Assembly (NCBI GenBank): GCA_965205975.1 | Contig: OZ242195.1 | Span: forward strand, 5,056,001-5,120,000 | DNA: 64,000 bases | Source of the DNA: Candidatus Latescibacterota bacterium | GTDB taxonomy: Bacteria; Latescibacterota; UBA2968 | Direction: 5' to 3' | Part shown: positions 50,200-59,464 of the stretch, piece after piece | Position numbering within the stretch: the stretch's first letter is position 1 | Layout of the letters: each line of letters begins with the position of its first letter | The notes under the pieces: model-generated | What the model was told of the DNA's origin: nothing | The model's database searches: none | The model's input: only the letters and a program-made list of their open reading frames with translations | Made by a program: the position numbers and the translations under genes

Positions 50200-51102
50200 C
50201 TATCCTCTCCCACGCGTGCGTGTTCTTCCACGCTTAGTGTTCTTTTCCAAAAACGCAATAATCAAGTCCGCAACATCGATATTCGTCGCTTTTTCGATCC
50301 CCTCGAGACCGGGAGAAGTATTGACTTCCATCACCAGAGGTCCGTGATTTGACCGCAAAATATCCACGCCGGCAATATTCAAGCCCATTATCTTGGCCGC
50401 GCGCACCGCTGTTGACCGTTCTTCGGGTGTAATGCGAATCATTTCAGCAGAGCCGCCGCGATGCAGATTCGACCGAAATTCTCCGGGTTCTGCCCGGCGC
50501 ATCATTGACGCCACCACGCGCCCGCCAACCACCAGACAACGAATATCCGTGCCCCCGGCTTCCTTGATAAATTCCTGTACCAGGATATTCGCGTCTAAAC
50601 CGCGAAATGCCTCGATCACACTTTCGGCCGCAGAATCCGTTTCGGCGAGCACCACGCCAATTCCCTGTGTGCCTTCCAGCAGCTTGATCACGAGCGGCGC
50701 ACCACCCACAATATTGAGCAAGCCTTCGATATCTTTTGTCGAATGGGCAAATCCAGTCACGGGCAATCCAACGCCTTCTGCCGCCAGCAATTGCAGGGAG
50801 CGCAATTTGTCGCGCGCTCTGGTAATCGCCTGCGATTCATTGGCGGGAAACACCCCCATCATTTCAAATTGTCTGACGACCGCTGTCCCGTAAAAGGTGT
50901 ACGACGCGCCAATACGCGGAATCACTGTGTCAAAATCCAGTGATTCGCCTCGAAAAATCACGGATGGTCGATGGGATGTAATATTCATATAAAGCCGCGC
51001 ATAATCCACAACGCGTGCCTCATGGCCTCTTTCTATGGCCGCTTCTTTGAGACGCCGCGTCGAATACAAGTTTGGACCTCGCGATAAAATTCCAATTTTC
51101 AT
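50200..51102 (-). CDS. rimK: RimK alpha-L-glutamate ligase
   Basis: [33 protein letters not shown] and [12 protein letters not shown] motifs. Confidence 0.95.
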   Translation of the reverse strand: MKIGILSRGPNLYSTRRLKEAAIERGHEARVVDYARLYMNITSHRPSVIFRGESLDFDTVIPRIGASYTFYGTAVVRQFEMMGVFPANESQAITRARDKLRSLQLLAAEGVGLPVTGFAHSTKDIEGLLNIVGGAPLVIKLLEGTQGIGVVLAETDSAAESVIEAFRGLDANILVQEFIKEAGGTDIRCLVVGGRVVASMMRRAEPGEFRSNLHRGGSAEMIRITPEERSTAVRAAKIMGLNIAGVDILRSNHGPLVMEVNTSPGLEGIEKATNIDVADLIIAFLEKNTKRGRTRTRGRG

Positions 51103-51112
51103 ACTTATCTCC

Positions 51113-51568
51113 TTAAGTTTGGTTTTTGGCGGGATACGCCGTTCGGAATGAACGACCAGGATCTACTATAAATCGGCCTCTGAGGGCATGGCGTCCCAAC
51201 AACATCCGAAAGCCCATTTCATCTCGGCTGGTCAATGTCAGCTCAATTTCCCAATCGCGATTGTGCATTCGCATCATAGTGCGGATCACGGGACGCCTTT
51301 CTACCTTGCCATTAGAACTTCTTATCTGGCGATCTCCAATCACCTCCGCTTCGACTTCCACCGCCTGGCGAGCGGTGCGCTGTATGGGTTGAATCTCAAA
51401 ACGCACCATCCGCTTGCCTCGCCGCCGAAACCGCTTCAGATTAAATGCGTGCAATGCAGATGACCGCGCACCCGTATCGATTTTTGCCTTGATTGCTTCG
51501 ACATTGAAATCGGGCAATGCCACCCACTCGCGCCACCCTATGATCCATATCGGTTCACGCTGTGTCAC
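51113..51568 (-). CDS. RimB-like retropepsin-fold ('ATP-dependent zinc') protease
   Basis: [21 protein letters not shown] and RMLLGR motifs; GTG 51568 after GGAGG. Confidence 0.88.
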   Translation of the reverse strand: MTQREPIWIIGWREWVALPDFNVEAIKAKIDTGARSSALHAFNLKRFRRRGKRMVRFEIQPIQRTARQAVEVEAEVIGDRQIRSSNGKVERRPVIRTMMRMHNRDWEIELTLTSRDEMGFRMLLGRHALRGRFIVDPGRSFRTAYPAKNQT

Positions 51569-51670
51569 AGTTCCTCCATGAATTTTACAGACGCTTTCTA
51601 CAATGAACCCCGATCTTGAATTAGTCCCTAAATAACCTGCTATGCGTCTCTCTGTCAAGCGTTTGTACAC

Positions 51671-51704
51671 AAAAGCCCCGGACGTTATCTAACGCCCAAG
51701 GCTT
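51671..51704 (-). terminator. Intrinsic terminator downstream of the barrel gene
   Basis: AAGCCTTGGGCGTT-AGAT-AACGTCCGGGGCTTTT on the minus strand. Confidence 0.7.
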
Positions 51705-51852
51705 CTATTCATTGGTGGTCACAGCGTCACGCATATATTCTAAACACAGTATCGGTTGGAGCCACCCATTCCCCGCTTATGTTACCACAGTGAGGGTATA
51801 TGGGCGACTCCGACCTTGTCGCAGCATGCTCGATCAATATTCGGGCGGTTTT

Positions 51853-53016
51853 TTATCGCAGGCGGTACTCGATAGCCATGTTCAGGCTCTGAGTGGCGTC
51901 TTCACCGCGCGTTTTAGCGATAGTACCGGTGATATTGAGATTGATCTGATTTTCGATGAAGAAGATGAATCCCGACCGTACCTGTCCGACTAATATTGCA
52001 TCGATGTCTGGCTCGCTGCGCGTAGAAGTTATAATGTTGCTGAGCGTAAAATCGACGCGGTTGGTCACCTCATACAGATAGTTCAGCGACAGCGACAGCG
52101 TATAGATGTCGCCAAAATCGCCGGTAAATGGCGAGGTGTACTGAGCACTGATGTCGAACTGAGATTTCCAGCCCACGGGCCGTGAGTACCTGACTCGCAG
52201 GGACATCCCCGGGTCTTGACGAGGGGTGTCTGAGTCCTTCGTCACAGCTTCAAAGCGGATGCCTGTGCGCACATCCCAGCCGATAAAGCGCTCGTTCACA
52301 TGTTCCTGGAAGAGTACTTCATCGACGCGTAGCGTGCCGACAGCACCAAATCCTCCCTCAACAAACATTCCAGACTTGGCAATAACTTCCTCCATTGCCC
52401 TGAACCATCTGGGCTTGTAACGGTCGCCAAATTGGGTCTCGAACTCCCCACGGCGCTCGATCACCTGGGCGAGCGCGATCAGTGTCTCTTTGGACAGAGG
52501 CCCCTTAATGACGCCTTCGTCTATCAGGAATTGTTCAATACGCACAGCCTGGGCGAGCGGTGTAACGCGGATGAAGCGTCCGTATCCCACGCCCGGCGTA
52601 ACATCGATGGTCGGGCGGTCAAAGTCGCTGTTGCCAGTGACGAGAAGTTCGCCAGAATAAAAAAAATCACCTTCCGGATTGAAGTACTTCCTGATCCCTG
52701 GACCTGCCACGAAACTGTAGGAGCCTTCTTGCGTGCCGTCAGAAGTTCGACGTGTCAATCCGACGCCGTTTAAGTTGAGGTCCCAGGCGTAAGGCAGGGA
52801 GTTGTAATAGCGGTGGTACACCAGAGAAGCAGAGCCGTCGCTGGTTCCGGTGTTGCTTCCACTGCCAGCATAGGAATACGTGCCTCCGAGGCGTAGCTGT
52901 TGGGCTGTGCTCACGGGAACATCGTAGTCCTCTGGAGATACAGTCTGCGCTCGTAGTTGGGAAGGTGCGATGAAGGCGACGATGAGTAAAGCCAGAACTA
53001 TGCGTGTGTTTGTCAT
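51853..53016 (-). CDS. Hypothetical outer membrane beta-barrel protein
   Basis: Signal peptide (..SQLRA), alternating amphipathic strands, ends MAIEYRLR; strong RBS. Confidence 0.6.
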   Translation of the reverse strand: MTNTRIVLALLIVAFIAPSQLRAQTVSPEDYDVPVSTAQQLRLGGTYSYAGSGSNTGTSDGSASLVYHRYYNSLPYAWDLNLNGVGLTRRTSDGTQEGSYSFVAGPGIRKYFNPEGDFFYSGELLVTGNSDFDRPTIDVTPGVGYGRFIRVTPLAQAVRIEQFLIDEGVIKGPLSKETLIALAQVIERRGEFETQFGDRYKPRWFRAMEEVIAKSGMFVEGGFGAVGTLRVDEVLFQEHVNERFIGWDVRTGIRFEAVTKDSDTPRQDPGMSLRVRYSRPVGWKSQFDISAQYTSPFTGDFGDIYTLSLSLNYLYEVTNRVDFTLSNIITSTRSEPDIDAILVGQVRSGFIFFIENQINLNITGTIAKTRGEDATQSLNMAIEYRLR

Positions 53017-53064
53017 TGTATCACTCCTTTGGTTAAGGTGGTATGTTGAATATCGAGAATAGTG

Positions 53065-54684
53065 TTACTCTTCCTTTGAGTCCGAAGAGCTGTCCTCGTT
53101 TACTTCTTCCAGCCTCTGTGTCCATTGCTCCATCTGTTTTTGCGCCAGGTCGCGCCCCCCCAGGCCGAACGCAATCGCGACGGCGATAGCTGCTGAACCG
53201 AGGATGAGTCCAAAGGCGAGGGTAATGATCTCGTTTGCGATACCCATCTGTCCGAGTGCCATAAAGAGAGACAGTGCTACGATCGCAACCCGGACGGTCG
53301 CACCGAGTATGCTGCCATAGACGCCTCCTTTTCTGGACGCGATGCGACCAAATACGGCCGCGAGGTAAAGCCCGAAACCGAAGATCACCGCGCCAAAGAC
53401 GACCTTGCCAAATAGCAGCGTCAGCGTCACGAACATGCCTGCCAGTTCCTCGAAGCCGAGTTGCGCGGTTGCCTCAATAGCCGAGAAGAGGAGGACAGCC
53501 ACCATGGCGAGATATCCCGCCAGTTGCGAAGGTGGACGATCCAACGCAAAGGTTGTCTCCACTGTTGAAGACGGGCTATTCCCCTCAGAGGTCGCCTCCG
53601 CGATGGAAGGCGATCGTTCCTCAGCAACGGTCACTTCCGCTATTCCGAAGCGTTGTAGCAGCGTGTTGAAGCCCATTTGCCTGAGCACGTCGTCAACCAC
53701 GCGGGATACTAATCGAGCTACCAAATACCCGATGAGGAGGATGCCTGCGGCGACCAGGATAGACGGCACTGCGGCCAATACCCCTGCCAGCATGGAACTG
53801 GCAGGATCGGAAATAGCCTCGAAGTTTAGCGATTCGAGGGCGGCGATCGCTGCGAATATCAAGATGACCGCATAAGACAATGTACCGGCAAGCCCCGAAA
53901 GACTTTCGATACCCAGTCCAGTTGCCAGTCCCATGCGACGACCAAAATTGTTTATCCCGGTGGCGTCGAGGACGTTGGTGATTATCTGCTGGACGATGCG
54001 CGCACCGAGCCAGCCGATTAGCATGATGAGGGCGGCGGCAAACAGGTTGGGCAGGAAACCGATGATTTTGGCCATCATCTGCTGTACTGGTTGTAGCAAT
54101 CCCTGCAAGCTCAGGACATCCAGGACCGCTGGAAGTAGCACGAGAAACGTGAGCCAGTACACCACGTTGCCGATTGTCTGCGGCAGTCCGCTCTCTGTTG
54201 CGGTCTCAAGCCCGGCTGGTTCAGCCAGGCGCTGCTCGATATTTGCTCGTGATAGCACGGCTATTACGATTCTTCGCAACAGACTACCCACGAGCCAGGC
54301 AATCAAAAGCAGCGCGGCAGCGCCCAACAGCTTGGGTAAGTAGATCAAAATTTGGCTCAGCATCGCGTTGAGGGGGACGGTCACTGTCGTCAGGTCGAGT
54401 ATCTGAAAGAAGGCAACGAGCACGAAGATCATCACCAGATAGAACACTGCCTTGCTGATCCAGCGTTCAACGTGGATGTTCGCAGCGGCGTCGCGGCCCA
54501 TGACCAGTTCGAGCAATCTGTCATCTACTTGCGTTTTGAGCAGAACTCGACGGACGACCCAGGACACCAGATGAGCCACTATCCATCCGAATACGAGGAT
54601 AGTAAAAGGTAAGATGATATGTGCAAAGGGTGAGAAGTATTGCTCCCACCATTCCCAACCTGCAAACATATTTGCTATTTCCAT
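53065..54684 (-). CDS. TM-helix-repeat (CmpX/MscS-associated) membrane protein
   Basis: Repeated LPKLLGAA/LPNLFAAA/VPSILVAA units; C-terminal AIAFGLGGRD; ATG 54684 after AAAGGA. Confidence 0.8.
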   Translation of the reverse strand: MEIANMFAGWEWWEQYFSPFAHIILPFTILVFGWIVAHLVSWVVRRVLLKTQVDDRLLELVMGRDAAANIHVERWISKAVFYLVMIFVLVAFFQILDLTTVTVPLNAMLSQILIYLPKLLGAAALLLIAWLVGSLLRRIVIAVLSRANIEQRLAEPAGLETATESGLPQTIGNVVYWLTFLVLLPAVLDVLSLQGLLQPVQQMMAKIIGFLPNLFAAALIMLIGWLGARIVQQIITNVLDATGINNFGRRMGLATGLGIESLSGLAGTLSYAVILIFAAIAALESLNFEAISDPASSMLAGVLAAVPSILVAAGILLIGYLVARLVSRVVDDVLRQMGFNTLLQRFGIAEVTVAEERSPSIAEATSEGNSPSSTVETTFALDRPPSQLAGYLAMVAVLLFSAIEATAQLGFEELAGMFVTLTLLFGKVVFGAVIFGFGLYLAAVFGRIASRKGGVYGSILGATVRVAIVALSLFMALGQMGIANEIITLAFGLILGSAAIAVAIAFGLGGRDLAQKQMEQWTQRLEEVNEDSSSDSKEE

Positions 54685-54739
54685 GGCAATTCCTTTCTCC
54701 ATATTGAATGGTACCTTTTTTCCTGTCAGGCAAAATAGA

Positions 54740-54755
54740 AGCAAATCCCGTGCCA
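54740..54755 (-). promoter_or_regulatory. Sigma-54 -24/-12 promoter
   Basis: TGGCACGGGATTTGCT on the minus strand. Confidence 0.88.
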
Positions 54756-54837
54756 CTCTTAGAGTCGCCCAATTTGGTGATTATTACATCGTGTTGTACG
54801 ATACCGGGACCGGAGCTTGACCATCGGAGTCGTGACT

Positions 54838-54884
54838 GCGACATTGTGACTGCGACATTTTGTCGTTACCAGTCATTTTGACGT
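54838..54884. promoter_or_regulatory. Enhancer sites CGACA-N3-TGWCG
   Basis: gcgacattgtgactg, gcgacattttgtcgt and cagtcattttgacgt, ~85-130 bp upstream of the -24 box. Confidence 0.65.
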
Positions 54885-54982
54885 AGTGCATAACATGAAC
54901 AGGTTGTATTCCACATAGTAATGATGTAACTTTATTTCATCTCGCTTAATAATTTCAATTTTGATAGAGGTTCATACTACCG

Positions 54983-56395
54983 ATGCAGGCATTTTCCAGT
55001 CCAATCGCTTATACGCCTTTTCATGGCAGCGTGTTTGTTGCCGATAGCAACCCGAAAAATCTGGCAAACGTGACCAAAATTTTGCGGGAGAACGGTTGTG
55101 ATGAAGTTGTCGGAGCGACTGATGGCACCGTTGCAGAGCAGTTGCTCAAAACGCAGTCTCTGGATGTGGCGATCATAGATATCAACATGCCGGGTGGTAT
55201 GCAGTTGCTGAACATAGCTATCACACTGACGCCACCGCTGCCGGTAGTTATCTTCACCTCTTATGCGACTGTAAAACAAGCGGTACAGGCCCTGCGGCTG
55301 GGTGCCGTTGATTATGTGGTCAAACCAGTTGATGCCAGCGATCTGCTGACTGCCGTACATCGTGCGCTTGAACGCAAGCGGGTATTTGACCACGTTTCAG
55401 ATAAACGGGTGGAGGCGAGGACGGAATTCGGCGAATTGCTGGGGACCTCTAATGCGATGGAGGTGGTGTTTAATCAGATCCGCCGTGCGGCACCGTTCAA
55501 ATCGACGGTTCTCATCACGGGCGAAAGCGGTACTGGCAAAGAGCTGGTGGCAAGTGCTATTCACTCTCTCAGTGCCGTGAGCAATGGGCCGTTTGTTGCC
55601 ATCAACTGCTCGGCTCTGCCGGTGGGATTGGCTGATAGTGAGTTATTTGGACATGAGAAAGGTTCTTTTACCGGGGCCACACAGGACCGACAGGGGCTTT
55701 TTGAAGCAGCCCAGGGGGGGACTCTCTTCCTCGACGAAATAGGGGACTTAGATATGCAGGTGCAGACGAAATTATTGCGCGTGCTTGAGGAACAAAAAGT
55801 CCGACATGTAGGAGCGAGCCAATTTATCGATGTCAACGTGCGTGTTGTCGCGGCTTCAAATGTGGATCTGACGACGGCGGTCAAAATGGGACGATTTCGG
55901 GAAGACCTGTATTACCGCCTCAACGTCATTCATATTTCCGTCCCATCTCTCAGAGCGCGGAAGTCGGATATCCCTTTGCTGGTGCGGGTTTTTGCCGAGC
56001 GTTTCGCAGATCAGAACGGGATCGCTCCCGTTGAAATAGCGGATCGGTGTCTTGACCGTATGGCTGAATACGGCTGGCCGGGAAATGTCAGGGAACTAAA
56101 GAACATGGTGGAGCGTCTGGTGATCTATGCCTCAGACGGAAACAGGGCAATTGGAGAGAAAGACATCGAGTCCATTTTGCCAATGGATGATAGAACCACT
56201 TCCCTAAAAGATTCAGAATCTCAGAAATCGGATTTCGTGCCGAGGAGGCTGGACGAAGCAGAAAGGAAGATGATTTTGGATACGCTCAAGCATACCGGCG
56301 GAAATCGCACTCAGAGCGCCGACATTTTGGGTATCAGTGTGCGAACGCTGCAGCGGAAAATCACAGAGTACGGCGTTACGTCTCAGAAAACCTGA
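54983..56395 (+). CDS. Sigma-54-dependent response regulator (REC-AAA+-Fis HTH)
   Basis: IIDINMP receiver, GESGTGKE, GSFTGA, WPGNVREL and GISVRTLQRKI motifs. Confidence 0.92.
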   Translation: MQAFSSPIAYTPFHGSVFVADSNPKNLANVTKILRENGCDEVVGATDGTVAEQLLKTQSLDVAIIDINMPGGMQLLNIAITLTPPLPVVIFTSYATVKQAVQALRLGAVDYVVKPVDASDLLTAVHRALERKRVFDHVSDKRVEARTEFGELLGTSNAMEVVFNQIRRAAPFKSTVLITGESGTGKELVASAIHSLSAVSNGPFVAINCSALPVGLADSELFGHEKGSFTGATQDRQGLFEAAQGGTLFLDEIGDLDMQVQTKLLRVLEEQKVRHVGASQFIDVNVRVVAASNVDLTTAVKMGRFREDLYYRLNVIHISVPSLRARKSDIPLLVRVFAERFADQNGIAPVEIADRCLDRMAEYGWPGNVRELKNMVERLVIYASDGNRAIGEKDIESILPMDDRTTSLKDSESQKSDFVPRRLDEAERKMILDTLKHTGGNRTQSADILGISVRTLQRKITEYGVTSQKT

Positions 56396-56426
56396 ACCAT
56401 TATTATTGTCCGTTTGTACATTATTC

Positions 56427-56556
56427 ACGACATAATGTCGCTGTGAGACATTATGTCGCCTGATCGCGTAATTTGCATTCTACTTTCAATGGCTTACGAT
56501 ATCAATACCGGCTGGGTTAAAGACATCGCGTTGGATGAGTTGGCACTGAAGTTCTT
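56427..56556 (+). promoter_or_regulatory. Enhancer pair, IHF-like site and degenerate sigma-54 promoter
   Basis: acgacataatgtcgc (56427), gagacattatgtcgc (56445), tttcaatggctta (56484), TGGCACTGAAGTTCT (56541). Confidence 0.5.
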
Positions 56557-56571
56557 GGGCAAGGAGGGCGC

Positions 56572-58755
56572 ATGAGCGTGGTGCAGCAGCGGGGTATTTA
56601 TTGTGTCCTCGCTTGTTTTTTGTTCGCTTCTTCATTATGTGCTGAAGATATACGGCTTACGGTGATTCACAGCAACGATGTATCCGGGCAATTGACGCGG
56701 CGCGGAGATCGCGGTGGGATGGCTGCGCGCGTGGAGTTGATTCGCAAATTGCAGACTTCTGAGCCAGCGATTGTTCTGGATGCGGGGGATGCTCTGGGAC
56801 CCAATGCGATGTCGCGGTTTGACGGGGGGGCAACGATGTGCGCGGCGATGAATCGCGCGAATTATGCGGCTATGACGGTAGGGAATCACGATCTGTCTTT
56901 GGGGTGGGATGTTTTGGAAGCGCGGCAAAAGGAAATTGATTTTCCGATGCTGGCGGCGAATCTCGTGCGAAAAGATGGTGGAAAGCCTCCTTTGCCGGGT
57001 TATACACTGGTAAAGGTCGGCGATGTTCAGGTGGGGATTATCGGTGTGTTGGGTCGAGAGGTTGCAGATAAAATTGACCCGGGTCATCTGTCGGGTTTGA
57101 GGGTTGGCGATCCCGTCAAAGTTGTGGATTCATTGGCCGTGGTGTTGCGCGGTAAAAAGGCGCAGTGCGTTATTGTTTTGGCGCATATGGATGAAACGAG
57201 TGCTTTGAATTTTGCTCGCGGGGTTGAGGGGGTAGATCTGGTTGTCGCTGGTGGATTTAGCGATCTGGATCGCGGTTTACAGGTGCCGGGTCTGATCCGT
57301 CTGGTGAATGGTTTGACGCTGGTCGTTACGCCGAGCAATGGGATATCTGTTGGCCGCGTTGTGCTCCATCTTTCGCCGGATACTCAAGGCAATATGAAGG
57401 TGGTGGATGTTTCGACAGAGCAGATTCCGGTGGATCGATCAGTGGCGCGTGACTCGGAGACAGAGCGGTTGGTCAACGATCTCAGGCAAAGATACGAACA
57501 GGTCGCGAATCAGAGGATAGGTCGGATTGTGGGAAAGACATATCGGGATCAAGGGCATGTTGTTGCAGGGGTGATGCGGCGATATTTGGATGGCGAGGTG
57601 GGCATTATCAATCGGGGAGGATTGGGGCTTGTGCCTTCAAATCGTGTGCTCAAAGTGGGTCATATCGATCATTTGATCCCTTTTGATGACCGTCTGGTGA
57701 AGATGAGACTGACGGGGGCGCAACTTTTGAGTATTGTCAAACGCAGTCAGGATACGCTGGGGGAAGATGCACAGTTGATTTTTTCCGGTTTGGAAAAAAA
57801 TACAATTAATGGGCGTCCCATTCAAAAGAATGAATTGTATCGCGTTGCAGTTGTCGAGTTTTTGGCTAATGGCGGCGATGGATATGGCGAATTTCGCAGG
57901 GGAACAGAGGTCGTTTTTACGGGTATGCCGCTCCGACAAATGGTCGTTTATGCGCTGCGAGATACGCAGGCTGTGCTGGTTCCTCGCGAGTTTGCCACTC
58001 TGAGATCAGATGGCATTTGGCACCTGAATTGGGCTGTTAAGGGCGCGTTTAATCGCAACTATATCGATGGTACAACACTTGCATATCGCGAACAGAAAGA
58101 GCGCGTGTCATTTCTCAGTGGTAAGACCAGTCTGGCTTGGAATACGACGATGAATTTGATGGTTGTAAGAGATATGGGGAAACAAGTGCTTACGCTTGAG
58201 CAAAGTCTGGCGATTGGGCAAGTTGGAACGACGTTTGACGATTTAACGCGATCGAGAGATCAATTGGAAACAGATTTGATATATCGCTATCGCACGCAAT
58301 CTGTGGCTGATCCTTTTGTTTTGGCAGGGTACAGCACCGCGTTGAGCCGAATAGATGGGCAACGGCCCAGACTTCTGCGCGGTAGCATGGGGTTGCAGCG
58401 GCGTTTTGGGCGGACATTGACCGTTAGGTTAGGTGCTCGCGCACAGCGCGATCTGGCGGTTGACGCAACGGATCTGGGGTTGGTAGTGGGGTTGAACTAT
58501 CGGCGGTCATTGGGTAGCGGAAATTTTCGTTCGCGGGTGCGCAGCTTTACGGGGTTTACAGACCGGCATGTGGTGTCTTTAGAGAATTATAATTCGCTTA
58601 CTTTTCCATTGATTGGCGCGTTGAGTTTGTCTGTACAGCAGAACAATTTTTTGTATCGCGTCAATGAAATTCGCAATACGCCTGTTGATGGTATTGCCAA
58701 TCGGTGGGATCTGACGCTCGGTCTGGTTTATGATTTGGGGTGGAAGTGGTATTGA
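56572..58755 (+). CDS. 5'-nucleotidase-like (metallophosphoesterase plus C-domain) protein fused to a C-terminal beta-barrel
   Basis: HSNDVSG, LDAGDAL, GNHD and FLANGGDGY motifs; last ~250 aa are amphipathic strands ending WKWY. Confidence 0.7.
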   Translation: MSVVQQRGIYCVLACFLFASSLCAEDIRLTVIHSNDVSGQLTRRGDRGGMAARVELIRKLQTSEPAIVLDAGDALGPNAMSRFDGGATMCAAMNRANYAAMTVGNHDLSLGWDVLEARQKEIDFPMLAANLVRKDGGKPPLPGYTLVKVGDVQVGIIGVLGREVADKIDPGHLSGLRVGDPVKVVDSLAVVLRGKKAQCVIVLAHMDETSALNFARGVEGVDLVVAGGFSDLDRGLQVPGLIRLVNGLTLVVTPSNGISVGRVVLHLSPDTQGNMKVVDVSTEQIPVDRSVARDSETERLVNDLRQRYEQVANQRIGRIVGKTYRDQGHVVAGVMRRYLDGEVGIINRGGLGLVPSNRVLKVGHIDHLIPFDDRLVKMRLTGAQLLSIVKRSQDTLGEDAQLIFSGLEKNTINGRPIQKNELYRVAVVEFLANGGDGYGEFRRGTEVVFTGMPLRQMVVYALRDTQAVLVPREFATLRSDGIWHLNWAVKGAFNRNYIDGTTLAYREQKERVSFLSGKTSLAWNTTMNLMVVRDMGKQVLTLEQSLAIGQVGTTFDDLTRSRDQLETDLIYRYRTQSVADPFVLAGYSTALSRIDGQRPRLLRGSMGLQRRFGRTLTVRLGARAQRDLAVDATDLGLVVGLNYRRSLGSGNFRSRVRSFTGFTDRHVVSLENYNSLTFPLIGALSLSVQQNNFLYRVNEIRNTPVDGIANRWDLTLGLVYDLGWKWY

Positions 58756-58785
58756 GATCGAGCGTAACTATGTTGGTTTACCTTA

Positions 58786-59073
58786 TCAAACAAGCTCAAA
58801 TTTGCGAACCCGAATGTCGCTTGTTTTTGTTTTTATTTGAGCCAGATCATAATTCATTTGCTGACGCAACCAGCTTTCTGCACTGCCACCAAAAGCCTTC
58901 GAGAGACGCACTGCCATTTCCGTGGAAATGCCATTGTGTCCGTGAATCAGTCGAGACAAACTCGTGCGGGTTACACCCAATCCTTCGGCAGCTTCTGTAA
59001 TTGACAGGCCAAGCGGCTCGAGGCATTCTTCCAGAATAAATTTACCGGGATGAGGAGGATTCTTCATGGGCAT
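58786..59073 (-). CDS. higA: HigA-family antitoxin
   Basis: MKNPPHPG, Xre-type [17 protein letters not shown]. Confidence 0.92.
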   Translation of the reverse strand: MPMKNPPHPGKFILEECLEPLGLSITEAAEGLGVTRTSLSRLIHGHNGISTEMAVRLSKAFGGSAESWLRQQMNYDLAQIKTKTSDIRVRKFELV

Positions 59074-59085
59074 GATATTCTCCTT

Positions 59086-59359
59086 CTAATGATAGTCTTC
59101 ATAATTGACATCGGCTACATCTGATTGTTCAAAGCGGAAGGTGACGCGCCAGTTTGCACGCACTGTGACGGCCCATAAGCCAGACCGATTTCCCCTGAGT
59201 GGATGTAAACGAAAACCAGGGAAATTCATATCTACTGGATTTTCGGCCACTTCGAGCCGTGCCAAAATATTTTTTAACTTACTCACATGTTCCGGATTCA
59301 CACCACGCGAGTCGTCTCTTTCATAGAGCCGTCTCAATCCCCGATGTCTAAAATATCAA
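59086..59359 (-). pseudogene. higB: HigB/RelE-family toxin with an apparent 5' frameshift
   Basis: FRHRGLRRLYE...RLHPLRG...WAVTVRANWRVTFRF...YEDYH; TTG ATA start is out of frame and an in-frame TGA precedes YFRH. Confidence 0.7.
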
Positions 59360-59464
59360 ATGCTATTCCCTAAAATTCTAAATTCTAACAGATAATATAA
59401 CACCTGTCAATGCTAATGAAACGACATAAGTTTGTGAATGTGTGTATCCTTTAATGGTATTTCC

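Noticed and set aside
54685..54756. N-terminal ORF extensions in the track (also 5995, 15078, 23477, 51670, 59438)
   Set aside because: They overlap promoters or upstream genes; the downstream starts have better RBS or signal-peptide support
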